NCBI GenBank assembly: GCA_011109175.1
Contig: RDEW01000038.1
Span: 69,616 to 133,615 of the forward strand
Reading direction: 5' to 3'
Source of the DNA: Dicyema japonicum
Lineage: Eukaryota > Animalia > Dicyemida
DNA: 64,000 nucleotides
Each line of letters starts with the position of its first letter. Position 1 is the first letter of the stretch. Positions 25,821-38,349 of the stretch are shown in pieces. The position numbers were made by a program, and so were the translations under genes. The notes below the pieces were generated by a model. It was not told the DNA's origin. It worked only from the letters and a program-made list of their open reading frames with translations, and made no database searches.

Positions 25821-25939
25821 TAGCTGGGTTTCTAAATTTGGGCGAAGGAATTTATTTTTGTCATTGACCCAAAAAGTGGAAAGACAGGTAGTCCTGCAGG
25901 TATTCGTAGGCTAGTTCGAATGATTTAGGCTAGTTCAAA

Positions 25940-26090
25940 TGATGGCAAAATTTTGTGGAATTTTTGATTTCCGCAGGAAATTTGAAGCAATGAGACGAGT
26001 CCCTGATTGGAAATCAACCGGGATATAATTTCTTTTAAGAGATCCACATCATTGCACAAGTTTATGTGTCGTGCATGCAATCAGGACAGC
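25940..26090 (+). mobile_element. Old fragment related to the R4/Dong-like element
   Basis: ttttgatttccgcaggaaatttgaagc...ccctgattggaaa aligns by eye to the reverse complement of about 16000-16130. Confidence 0.6.
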
Positions 26091-26524
26091 AACTATATAG
26101 CTCTTCCAAATTTGTCTGTTAATAAAATTTAATTTGCTATAAAAATCTTAGAAAATTAATTATCAAAAAATCTTAGGAAATTAATATATTTGTTTATTAC
26201 CCCTTGCTTACGATCTTTGGTAAGCCCAACACAAGAAGCAGTGGGGACTAATGTGAGCGAGTAATAAACTTCCAATGTCCCTCAGTCCATAAAAGGTAGG
26301 AAAAAAAGGATTACATCTGTTGTGAAACGATGCAGATATTTCTTGCAATAGAAGTACACCGCTAACCCAATTTTCCGACCAATTAACTAATTTTTTTGAT
26401 CTCGAGTTATTTGTGACTCCTTATACTGCAACCATTGAGCATCGCATTATTAGTTCGAGCGATTAATTATAAAGAATTTAAAAAAAATATTAACGAATTC
26501 TAAGTGTTAGTTGGATTAATGACG

Positions 26525-27112
26525 TCAATTCATGCTGAGTGAACCCGCACCTGATCCAAAACCAACTCCTTTTATTCCAAATAGTTTGGAGTGGCACTCT
26601 ATAGACTTTAAGATTGTTAATACGCTGACAATAGACTTTACCTTCATGCTCGGTGGCACGTCCAGCTGAAAGCTGATGCAGACAGTGTTCGCATTTTAAG
26701 CAAAGAGTATGGAAAATCTAAAAATCACAGTAAAAGTCACAAAATTGCATGCTTTCGTCATTTCTGCGGCATATACTGTTTTTCCGCATATTTTGCATTT
26801 TGGGCTGTCAATAAAGAGTTCATATAGTACTTGGAGGACGAACTATTCGTATTGACAAATTTAGGTGTGAAATTATGCTGGAAATTATTGGAAAAGTTTT
26901 TCTGGTGGCAGTTCTTGCAGTAGACTTCCCCTTTGTGGTCATTTACAAGTGATAAGTCAATTACTTTGTTGCAAGACACTATTTCTAAGATTTAAGAGGA
27001 AACCGCATTTTAAGCAATTTTTGTGGTATATTTTTGATAGGCATTTTACCTCCTCGTTGAAATATACTGGTTTTTCGCAAACAGCACAAATTTTCGATCC
27101 TTTAAAACTCAT
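26525..27112 (-). CDS. Cysteine-rich protein / muscle-LIM-like protein with two LIM domains
   Basis: CAVCEKPVYFNEE..YHKNCLKCVSC..HKGEVYCKNCH; CKICGKTVYAAE..FHTLCLKCEHC..EHEGKVYCQQCHSKLFGIKGVGFGSGAG (CRP glycine-rich tail); 23-26 nt introns. Confidence 0.88.
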
Positions 27113-27374
27113 TTAATAGTTATTGCGCAAATCTTTTTTTTTTATAAATTTTAGGAGTGCAAAGTAATTATACGCAAATACAGCTGAAATGTCAATATTG
27201 ACTAAGAAAATGTGATCTTTTATAAAAACATTCTGGTATTTTATAAACGTCTTAGTAACATGCTGTGATTATCGATATGTCGATATGCTCGTCGTTGGCT
27301 AACCAGACAATAAAGCATAGAATTTGTTAACAAGATTAAGAATTAATAGGACTATGACATTTTCCCATCGGAGA

Positions 27375-27430
27375 GAATGCAGTGGCTGTTTCCCTTGACA
27401 ACTGCTAGAGAAATCTTTTGGAACAGCCCA
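27375..27430 (-). repeat. Partial F5 hairpin repeat
   Basis: gtggctgtttcccttgacaactgctagagaaatcttttggaacagcc matches 42336-42382. Confidence 0.75.
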
Positions 27431-28779
27431 TGGCACAATTATTCAAACTGTTTTCCCATGACACAATTATTCAAACTGTCAAAATGTCAAAGATTTTACT
27501 GTAATGACATAATTTAGGAGTTTGTTAGAGGGCATATTATATTAGTCCTGCTTTGTTTCCTGGACATTTCCCCACTTCCCTCTTCTCCTTAACTGGTCCT
27601 CACTTGGTAGTAAGAGTTCAGAATTTCGGATCTCATCCAGAAGCCATTGATCCTGTCCTCTACCACATGCTTCATCAGCTTAATTAGTTTATCCTCTTCC
27701 TCGCTGAGGTCATCGTATAATTGCCCACTGCCAGCTTAATCACTACTCCTTGTTTTTTCAATAAATAATTAAGTCATTATTTGTTAAATCGATATATAAT
27801 CCGTTTGTCCATACGTGTGAAAATCAAAAGAAAAATTTCATTGATCTTTGATAATTAATCCATCAGGTTTTTCGATATTGGAGAAAAATAGTGAGATTAT
27901 CCTAAAGTTGGTCAAATGGTTGAGATTGTGACGTACCTCTATCGCAAGAATGTTAATCTTTTCCAGATTGATGTGGTATTTTGTTTCCCTTCTCGTGTGA
28001 TGGAGAAATGGTGGACTAAGGAGACATTGGATACGCTAAATTACGTCAAGAAATCGTCGGATACACTATGTTCTATGAATGTCTATTTAGCTTCGTATAG
28101 ATGAGCCTTTTTTTTCATTCTCCTGTGTACGGAGGAGCTAATGGATTCAAGAGACTTTAAAAATCCAAGTTCTGAACAAAAAAAGTGTCGAAGCAAGAAA
28201 GATCCGGGCTTGAATCCCGCCCAGCCAGAAATTAAAAGAATTGGAAGCGCAATCTTTTCTAGACTGGGGATGCCCGTGAGCGTCGTTAGTTCTACAAATG
28301 TTTTGGAATAGCCATCGTTGGCTGTAATGTTCACTGTCTTTGGCGACTATGAAAAAAATATTGAAACTTTCTGAAGGAATTGAAGACACGATTGGAAAGA
28401 GAATACTCTACACTTTGTAGAAAGGATCCAAATTTTTGAAAAATGTTCTAAAAATGAGAAAACTCAAAAAGACGATGAAAAATATGTTTCAAGTCCCCGA
28501 CGGTACCTTGATTCAGAATAAAAGTATCTGACGCACTGCGAGAGTAGATGACCAAAGTAAAAAAATGGGCCATATGAGGCTAACCGAGGAAGAGAAGGAA
28601 GAACAAAACAGAGGAAGGGAAATGTCTGACCAAGTAGTCAGGAGCAAAATGGAACACATTGGAGCATTATTGGCCACATGACATGAGTTCTAACTTTTTG
28701 GTGAGGTGGTGACGTGCCTCGTTTCTTCTCTGTACAACGGTTAAGAAAAATGTCTAGAAAGCAGAAGATACAAAAGAAT

Positions 28780-30915
28780 ATGCTTGCCTTAAAGCTTCTT
28801 ACGTTCAATGCTAGAGGAATATCTAAGCCTCAGTCAAGAAATACTCTCTGTGATGACCTAGAAAGATACAACGTTTCTATTTGCTGTATACAAGAAACGA
28901 AAATTACATACTATCTCGATGAAAACCATGGAAATATCGACTAGTATGCCATCTGAAGGACTTAACAGTAGGAATTTCGTGGGATCGCACAAAGTATATA
29001 ATCAACGAAGCAGCAAGTCAGTACCTCGGCACGCGGGAGATGGCCAGTAAGGGTCGGACGATACATATAGAACAAGCAAAGGAGTTAAAAGAAATCCATA
29101 CAAAAAAACTAAACGAAAAAGACTATAACAATAGAAAAGCCATTCAGGGGCAGAAGGACCAAATCCATATAAATAATCAGGAGACTGAACAAGACACTCC
29201 ACCAAGAAGAACTTCGTCGCAAAATCAATGAAGTATCCAAACTAAAAATAATTCACAAATGTATATGGCCGCTCGTTTACTACGCCACACAAACCGGAAG
29301 GAACGAATAATCATCAAAGACAAAAATGGCAAGACATTACTGAATACTGAAGAGCAAGCGGAGGTAATTGAGAAACTTTTCAATATGACTACAGCAATCC
29401 CCCCATTCAAAGGAAAGCCTAGACCCTTAAAAGAACCAATTACAATTTTGGAAGTAAAAACAGCATGTCAAAAACTAAAAAATAACAGAAGCCCTGGACC
29501 AGATACGATAAACCCATAATTACTGATACGGCCCTGACCCCCTTTTTGAAAAAATCGCTACACTACTAAATGAAATGTTTTCAACTAACTTAACTTTGCT
29601 CCTGGGAACGAGATTACTAATACCTATACAAAAACCCAATAAACCCAAAGGACCGGTTGAAAACTTACGACCAATTGGGGCATATATATATTATCAAATT
29701 CTCTACGGAAAGTCTTAGCTAACATTGTATTGGAACGAATAAAAGGATCCGCCTATGACTACCTACCAGAAAGTCAAAGTGGGTTCAGAGAAGGAAGATC
29801 AACAGCTAATGCAGTCTGGAGGCACAGATGGAGATGTGCAACACATCAAAGATATTGCAATGCCACCCACATTCTGGGAATAGATCTATCAAAAGTTTTT
29901 GACTCGGTTAACAGGACAAATTGATGACAGTGCTGGAAGGGTTTATTGACGAATCGAGTCTAAGAATGATCCAAATCTCTCTATCTAACACAGAGCTCCT
30001 TGTGAGGGTCGGAAAAACCTATTCAAGAAAATTTGAAACAAACACAGGCACTCCTCTCTCCACTACTATTCACAATATACTTGGAGGCCGCTATGAGGGA
30101 ACTGAGACCATTATACCAAGGAAAAATAGAAGAAGTGATTTATGCTGATGATGTCGACCTAATTCTCTGAAGACAAAGAACTCCTGGAACACGTACTAGA
30201 AAAAGCACCAGATATACTTGGGAAATGGTATCTCACCGTGAACAGGGAAAAAACAGAACTGATAAGACGAATGAATAACTCACTCAAAGAAACTTGGCTC
30301 CCTATTAGGAGATAGTGAAGATATACAGAGAAAAACCATAGCAAACGCGGCATTACACAGGCTGAAAAACCGATGGCTAAAACGGAAAGGGAATAACATA
30401 AAACAATGGATAATGTTATACGACACCTTTATTAAACCAATCCTCCTATACAACCCTGGGCAACCTCTAAAAAGGAATTGGAGAGGATAGACTCGTTTCA
30501 CAGGAATCATAAGAAACATAACTGGAATGTCTGGCCATCCAAGATCTCGCGGAAAAGACTGTACAATAAGTGTGACTGTACATCATTAAGTCACGAGATC
30601 ATTAGCTCTCGTTGGAGACTTTTTGGACACGTCCTGAGGTTGGACCCGACATCCCCCCACAAATATCGCAATGGAAGATTACTACTCCTCCAATGTAAAA
30701 CGCTTTCGTGGAAGACCGAGAACTACCCTCCCGGTCGTTTTACATAACAATCTGAAAGCCATGAAGAAAACATTGGTATCTAATGACGATCTGGACTCAC
30801 TGAGGGACCTAACTAAGAACAGAAGAGCTTGGAGCAACCTAACTAATTCTCTTATATTTTTTGCTGTACATGCGGGGCTATAGATATTATGGCTCTCGTG
30901 AAAGTGCTAATAATA
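28780..30915 (+). mobile_element. Near full-length degenerate RTE-like LINE (APE and RT)
   Basis: LTFNARG..CIQETK, SPGPD, QKPNKPKGPVENLRPI, QSGFREGRST, GIDLSKVFDSV, YADD, WRLFGHVLR, RGRPRTTLP; tail catgcggggctatag...gtgctaataataat. Confidence 0.88.
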
Positions 30916-31139
30916 ATGACTCCTAACAACTTAGCTAAGTATGCTGATGATGCTGAAGTGGCTACTTACCGCTAATGATATGCGGACCCCGTCTATATCG
31001 GAAATGCGCAGGAACGCAGTCGAAGCTCCGAGAAAAGATGCGGAGACTGCTAAGGGAGGCTGGGATCACTTGAATTTGTTATTTTTGGATATGACGATGG
31101 TTTTTTGGTTCAATAAAATAAAAAAATGATAGATTTAAT

Positions 31140-31330
31140 AACTGAGCGCTGGTCGTTATTTGACCTTACCAGACATCACGTTCATCCATACCCGCCATTA
31201 TCGAGATCCCTCAATTGGAGTAGGAAAAAAAGGATCCTTTTTAGATGCCGGTCAGGCACGGGGCGTTTCCTGAGTTAGGTGGATCCAAAGACGTCTCTTA
31301 GAAATTGATGAAGACGAAGACCAGAAAATA
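31140..31330 (-). mobile_element. F3-related short element containing the four-helix module
   Basis: Reverse complement gacgtctttggatccacctaactcaggaaacgccccgtgcctgaccggcatctaaaaaggatcc parallels 54795-54856. Confidence 0.6.
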
Positions 31331-31793
31331 ATCCTTCGTCCAAGTAGATACAACGTGGGAATAAAACCCCTAGCTAAATGAGACACGAACAACAGCACTA
31401 ACTATCACACTACCCAGTCACTTAGCTTTCTACTAAGAGCCAACCTTCAAAGAACCTAGATTACCAGACACGTCACATGAGAAACACTACTAACATGATT
31501 AATAATCGAACAGTACCTTTTTTAATATTCTTATTTTTTCGAGTGAAAGAAACAGATGTTAACAAAAAAGTCACAGCCAAGAGCAAACGACAGGTATATT
31601 TGGTTCTATGCAAAACTCGGTGGTGGACCCAGACAACCGTCTTCTAGTCATCAAGAAAGCACGATGGGCATAGTGGAGAGGACGATTGTCAAAGTTTGTA
31701 AAGATACGAATGTAAATCCACGTGGTAATAATATTCTCAAACTTAGTGGAAATTAAAAAAAGCAACGATATACTCATAAACTCTTCAATATAA

Positions 31794-32630
31794 TCATAAT
31801 TTAGTAGCGTGAAAAGCATAATTTATGTTAAATGAATTCGACCAGTACCAACTATCGGCAATAGGCGAATAGTGCATCCCCTGAAATTGTCTCGCAGCCA
31901 AACCGGCTAAGATTAAATGGAAAGATACATTTTTGAAGCAAATCGTCCAAATCCTTGGGTTCAATAAATAAATCCCAGTTGTGAGTACCATCAGGAACTA
32001 GATTAAAGATTTTTTCGGCTGCATATATTCCAAGGAGCTTAGAAATGAAAGTCTTGTTTATAGTTGTCCCTACAAAGCTTCCAGAGCTCTAAGAATGAGA
32101 AAATAGAACGAAACCTTCAGAAATGTACAAACATGTGACAGAAAAGGCAACTTTTCAGGAATGTGTTCGATCACTTCAGATGCTACAACACAATCGAATG
32201 ATCCTCGAAAATCTTCTTGCAAATTTTCTATAGAGGCACACTGATAGCTTAGATCTCCACACGTGATTGTATGAGAGATATATTTTTGACGATTCTGAGC
32301 AACTTTTATGCATTTATGTGAGGGATCAATTCCCAACACGCTTCCTCCGAGTCTCGCTAATGGTTCAGCCAAGATGCCAGGGCCACACCCAACATCCAAT
32401 ATTCTGAATCCAAGTAATGGCTGTTCTGACTTAAGGTCGGATTCTATCAAAGAATTGAGCACAAAAGGCACACGTAACGCATTTAAAGAATGGAGAGGAG
32501 AGAATTTACCCCTTTCGCTCCAAAATTCGTCAGACCAATTTGAAAATTTGATTATTTCGTCATTTAATGTTGAATTTGAATATCGAACTCTCAATTCTTT
32601 ACTAAATGTATTAAAATATAAAAGTACCAT
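31794..32630 (-). CDS. COQ3: Ubiquinone biosynthesis O-methyltransferase
   Basis: FWSERGKFSPLHSLNALRV, ILDVGCGPGIL, ASEVIEH, TTINKT..GIYAAE..LVPDGTHNW; two introns (26 and 22 nt). Confidence 0.95.
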
Positions 32631-32719
32631 TTTTTTACACGAGAACTATTAAAGAGCCTTAACAATCTCATAAAATAAACTTTTAAATATATTAATTGTT
32701 AAAATCAATTTTATTATAT

Positions 32720-33786
32720 AGAAAATTCCCACTTTCAAATCTTTCCAGTCTTGATGAACGTGTACAAAAAGCTTCTAGTGCAAAAAGCTTGGCTCCCTCC
32801 TAGGAGACCATGAAGAAATTACAAGAAGGAAAACCCTAGCACAAACTGCCCTCTCCAGATTAAAGAACACCTGGCTCCACAAAAAGGGTATTGACATTAT
32901 AACAAAAACTCGATTATACAACTCGCTATTGAAACCCATACTACTGTATAATGCTGGTACCTGGGCCTGCTCAAGAAATGAATTGAAGAGGCTTAATGCG
33001 TTTCATAGAGACCAACTATGGCATATGATGTTCGAAAGAAGTGATACGAGGATGTCATCTAATCTTCTCTATAAAAGGACGAAGACCTCAGAAATTTCTA
33101 ATGAGATTCTGGATACACGATGGAGGCTTTTCGGCCATATTTTGCGACTGGACCTAGATGCCCCGCGAACGTAGCCATGGAGGATTACTTCATGTTGGAG
33201 GCTCCACGTTTCCGTGGTCACCCAAGGACGACACTGGCATTCGTTCTCGACGAGGACCTCAAAGAAATGGGACGGCATCTTGGAAGTGGAGAGGATCTTG
33301 ACTGGTTGCGCACTGCGGATTTGAATAGGAGGAAGTGGATGAAACTAACAGTGATTTGCTAACTCGTGCTGCACATGCTTTGTCAAGTCCTATGACATAG
33401 CGATAAGTGCTAATAATAATAATGAACGTGTACAAGCAGTACATCGAGCCATGTTTCTCATATGCATGAGCCTCGTGGGGACCGTCCATCTCTTGGACAA
33501 ATATGAAAAAAATTGAGAAATGCAAAAGAGGGCTTACAGAGTAATGGAGCGTTGAATTTGTGAAGATCATCGAACCGGACCTACGCCTATGGAGGCCCTT
33601 ATGAGACTAAACTCCAGATCACGGGAAGGTGGCCCTGAAATTTCAGGCAGCCGTCCTGTACGTTTATGCGCGGGCACGAAGGAAGAACACAGGGAAAAGA
33701 TGAGGTCTCTGTTATAATGCATCGGGATCACGTGATAATTAGTTTGGTTTTACCGTGGTCTTGGGTTAAATAAATAAAAAAATAAA
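32720..33786 (+). mobile_element. F2 LINE 3' fragment split by an RTE insertion
   Basis: gtcttgatgaacgtgtacaagcagtac matches 24340-24375; ends in the F2 hairpin and (TAAA)n. Confidence 0.8.
32768..33421 (+). mobile_element. RTE-like LINE, 5'-truncated, 14-bp TSD
   Basis: TSD atgaacgtgtacaa at 32754-32767 and 33422-33435; RWRLFGHILR; (TAA)n tail. Confidence 0.9.
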
Positions 33787-33789
33787 ATC

Positions 33790-34590
33790 TTTCCACGACC
33801 AACCAAAATTACGAGGACGAAAATTTTTTGCTATTATCCTACGCAGACAGAGGAAAATGGAAGAAATTAACGCTAAATATTGTTTCTTTGAGTGTTGCAC
33901 ATGCGGGGCTATAAACATTATGGCTTTCATGAAAGTTTCTTAATAATAATATCCTACGCAGACGACTTAATAATTGCAACACGCAACCGATCGACGCAAG
34001 TTGCAACCTCTAATTCCTAGGCGAGAGTGAACACCTACTATGATTGGTTGACTGCTAACCGACTAACTATTTCTGTCGAAAAATCAATATGTGCACTTTC
34101 ACTTCAGACCGTCGTTCAAAAAGAAGATCCAAGAATTTTAATTGGTTCTGTCCAGATTCCGGTAACAAGTCTCCTTTAATTCTTGGGTTAATGTTCGACA
34201 GGTATTGAATTTAACTCACATGCGAAGAAAGTCCTCACTAAAGGCCTGAAGAAGTGAATGTTGTACGCCCGCTTGTCCAGAGGACTCCTTTGAATTTGGA
34301 TGCTTCTGTTGAAAAACTCATCGGCAAACTATCGCCCCAGCTGTGGAGTATGCCTCTGTTGCATGGAGATTCGCGTTATCAGAGAATACGCTCCACAGAA
34401 TCAATTCAATATACCAGAAGCTATATTTATAATGGGCCCTCACTTTGGATCAACGGTTAATCCCCTACTCACGGAAACAATGGAAAACCACGTGGATGCC
34501 TTGTTGATTGTGGGAACTGGATACCTAACTGTTTTGACGTTTTTTTGGTTTTTTTCCTGATGATCCCGGGGTTCTAAATAATAATAATCC
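33790..34590 (+). mobile_element. Jockey/I-like LINE fragment (YADD to 3' end) ending in an F1-type tail
   Basis: LSYADDLII as at 5800; VEYASVAW; ends gtgggaactggatac...ccggggttctaaataataat. Confidence 0.7.
33849..33949 (+). mobile_element. 101-bp RTE tail insertion with 14-bp TSD
   Basis: TSD tatcctacgcagac at 33835-33848 and 33950-33963. Confidence 0.9.
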
Positions 34591-34594
34591 TGGT

Positions 34595-34892
34595 AGCATA
34601 GTTTCTTATATGTATGGGCCTCTTGGGAACCGTCCATATCTTGGAAAAATTTGAGGAAGATCGATGAAATGCAAAAGAGGGCTTTCAGAGTTACGAAGCG
34701 GTGGATTTGTGAGGAACATCGAACCGGGCAGACTTCTCTAGAGGCTCTTATCTTATTTCAGCTAGCCGCCAAGTACGGTCATACGCGGGCACGAAGGATA
34801 AACACCGGACCAAGATGAGGTCATACTGGAACACATCAAGATCACGCGATAATTAGTTTGGTTTTACCTTGGTTTTGGGATGTTAAATAAAT
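34595..34892 (+). mobile_element. F2 LINE 3' fragment
   Basis: Parallels 33460-33786, including the hairpin and tail. Confidence 0.8.
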
Positions 34893-35254
34893 AGTGGTTA
34901 TTACAATCTCTCGGATAGCATTTAGCTTGGGTTCGAATGCCACACGATATTTAATTATCCGAAGGATTTGTTGTGCTCTTCCCACAATGGCGAATACTTT
35001 GAAAGACATGATGCTTTGATAGGATATTAAAATTATTCAACGGTCATAAATTATTTAGATATACTCTCCCTGTGGCTCTAAACAAGGATCTTAATGGATT
35101 TGGAAGAAAACATATTTACCTTATAACTCGTGAAATTAAAATATTTAATTTTATTAACTCTTTGGTCATAAATGTTTAAACTAATTATAAGTAATTTTAA
35201 TAATTTTTCTAAACTAAAATTTTTAATTTAAATTAAAGTTCAGGTTTTGTGTGC

Positions 35255-37111
35255 ATGGGGAAAAAACAGCATCAAAAAGATAAAATGTGATATTTTAATT
35301 AACCATCAACTATTAGGTACGTAACAGCAACGGAATGGACTTCATTATATGGTGGAAAGAAAAAGGAGGAATCAAATCGTACGAAATTTAGAAGGCTTCC
35401 GTTCTATTGCTGTAGTCTTTCACTGAAGCCATTCAACCTTCCTTGCTGCACTCAATCTGGAGTAATATTCGATCTTATGTTGACTGCCTTTTTTAATTTC
35501 TAGGACTGTGATGGGTTTCCTTAAAAACCACAAAATCAATCCAGTGACTGGAGAGGTAACCTTCCTTCCCAATTTGTAGAAACTGAGGGCAAGTGATCTT
35601 ATCAAATTAACATTCTATAAAAATAGCGATGGAGAAATGCACTGTCCTATTCTTTACAAGGTTTTTAACGACAGTTCCCACATTGTGGCTATCAAAACTT
35701 CGGGAAATGTCTACTCTTATGAGGTATATCCCGTTTTTTATTTAGGCGGTGGAGAAACTGAACATTCGAGAAAATAACCTCACAGATTTGCTTACTAATC
35801 AGCCTTTCACCCGTCAAGATGTGATCCATTTGCAAGATCCCACGTGTCTAGACAAACACAACTTTGTAGACTTTTTTCACATTCGCAACAACTTGACTGA
35901 TTTTGCTGCTGCAAGTGATTTCTTTTCGTTATTTTAGTTGACCCCGCTTTTTCTCGTGAGGCTACCCAGAAGAAACTCCGGAAGGTTAACACGATAACCC
36001 AGGCAGTCATGGAAGAGCTCGATAAGAAGTTTGAGCAGGTTTAGGTTTTGTTATAGCTTAGCTACCCACTGAGGACAGCAAACCCAAACAAGAGACTGTC
36101 AAGGCAGACGTCCTCAACAAGACGAATTTTCAACTGGAAAGATGGCAGCCTCTTTTACTTCACGGCCATGGATATTCAAAACTAAGCAAGAAATGGGTTA
36201 TTATTTTCTTTATTCAGTCCTCATCGGATGAACAAGAACTTTTATTCAGAACACTGAAGAAGGACGCACGTGGGTATATAAGCATATCGACGAATCTCGG
36301 AGATCTGAATTTTGAGCTGTACTGTGATCTGGTTCTCTGTTTTGTTATTTAGTTCCCCCGTGCTTGTCTGAACTTTATATTACTAAGTCAGCAGGGTTAC
36401 TACAACGGGTCTTTGTTTCACAGACTAGTACCCAATTTTAATGGTCTGCTGTTTGAGTGATTATAGGTGCAAGGAGGAGACCCAAGTGGAGATGGTGGTC
36501 ATTCTGCTTTCGGGAAGCCATTTATCGACGAATTTCGGAGTCTTGTGAAGCATGACCGACGGGAATGTTGTCTATGGCAATGCTGAGAGAGATTCTAATA
36601 AATCGCAATTGTCTGAATTATTACTTATTATAGTTTCATTACTTTTAAGAATTTGGAGTATTTGGATGGCAAACATACCGTATTTGGAAGGTTCCTTGTC
36701 TTGATAATTTTAGACTTGTTGGCGGGGCCGGGGTTTTGGATAGGATAGAACAAGTGAAGACGGACGAGGATGCTTCCCCATTGGTTTTTGATTGGTGTAA
36801 TTGTAGCAACCCATTAAAATTGAGAAATGTACTGTGTTTGTTGACCCCTTTACTGTGGCCAGGGAAGAGGTGACATGTGCCTTTATATACTAGATCAGAA
36901 AGAAGAGGGAAGATGCCGAACCTAAAGAACAGTCAAAACCAATTGAAAGAGCACAAGATTTAGATAATCACTCTGTTGGAAAATATTTGCAAAAAATGTT
37001 GTTTTTATAGTCATTCGTAGATCTTCTAAGAAGGAGGACTGTGTGTCTGAGTATTTATCAAAACCAAAGATAGTGAATGACATTACAACCTCTTCTTTTT
37101 CTTCTTGGTGA
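35255..37111 (+). CDS. PPIL2: RING/U-box cyclophilin (Cyp-60)
   Basis: MGKKQHQKDKM|YVTATEW, FRRLPF..CSL, LIKLTF, HCPILYKVF, FTRQDVIHLQDP, cyclophilin QGGDPSGDG; ends FSSW*; many tiny introns and several apparent 1-nt indels. Confidence 0.93.
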
Positions 37112-37502
37112 TGATAATGTTATAAAATAATTTTTTTAATGTGTGTTTTATGTGTCAGATTTAGCTGTGCGTAATTATTCGGACCGCTATAATGGTGACG
37201 TGCCTCTATGTCCAAAAAGTCTGCTTGGCTTCATGATGTATGAAAACCCATGTCTTACTTCTTAATAATAGTGCACATTCGCAAAAGAAAGTTATATCCT
37301 TCCAGTCGCTTGTGCCACCTCGGGATCATCAAACAAAAAAAGCATTGTAAACGCGTGAAACTTTCAGCCTGGAACCATCTGGATTTGTAATCTCTTACGA
37401 CACTGAGCCATCCCAGATGCATCAAATTTATCCGCTCAAAACGCGACCAGAAATAAAGATGGTTACTATTTTGCGATTGACTCTAAAAAAATAATTAAAA
37501 GT

Positions 37503-38193
37503 TTATTTGACAAGGGAAATAATTTTATGATAGATTATCATAGTAGAATCAGCACTCACAGAATCAACATAAACGAATCCATTAACCCCAATCACAATCT
37601 CATAAGAAATATCCTTCCCAATGGTATCCAAAATCTGACTTTCAGGTGATCTTAGCTCGCGACAAACATATGGAGGCACCGTAAATAAAAATCCATTACT
37701 CTCACAGCTGGCGATCTTCTCGCCGACTACGCCTAATTTAAATCCCTTAGAGGGGATGAATCACACGTTAATTCCGTTTCACAGCCTCGCCCACAATTTA
37801 GCAACACGTGCAAGTACAACAGTCCCAAACCTATGGCTGTTAGAATGAAATGTACGTTTATGTTGGGTCGATTTTTTTTGCTAGTCCCAAACGAATTTGA
37901 GCCCAAGGATGCTGGACCATTGCTGTTTATATTGACGCGAAAATAGTCACCCAAATGTGTCACAATTCCAAGAACATGGTCACCCACCTGGGGAAAGTAC
38001 TGAAATAATTTGAAAATGCTACTAGATTAGATATGGAACGGATTGATATCATGTTATTATCACGATAAACATATCCGGTTATGAGTGCCCTGCAGACATC
38101 ATTAATGTCCTTTTGAAGTCCGTATCCAATCACCTGAGTGTCTTGATCAGTGTCCTTTATTATATCACCGGGAATAACAAACTCATGTGACAT
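37503..38193 (-). CDS. EXOSC3: Exosome subunit RRP40
   Basis: VIPGD..IGYGL, GDHVLGIV..GDYFRVNI, FGTSKKNRPNI, ELTC, YEIVIG.NGFVYV; tiny introns. Confidence 0.9.
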
Positions 38194-38349
38194 TCACACA
38201 AAAGCAGAAAACGAGAAATTTAATTTTAAATATTTTTACTAAAATTAAAGATAATAATCGAATAGAAATTAAAATAAATCGTAAAACACAGCTAAATAAG
38301 TAGATCATACAATTCTTCACAGTCCTCTGACAACCGAGGAGAATTCTTT

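Noticed and set aside
32720-34892. Telomere-like or template-jump head-to-tail retroelement array
   Set aside because: Two 14-bp TSDs show ordinary nested insertions rather than concatenated cDNAs.
35255-37111. Pseudogenisation or programmed frameshifting of PPIL2 (also MAGUK, CCDC77)
   Set aside because: Scattered 1-nt indels in otherwise conserved genes are better explained by consensus errors; read data are needed.
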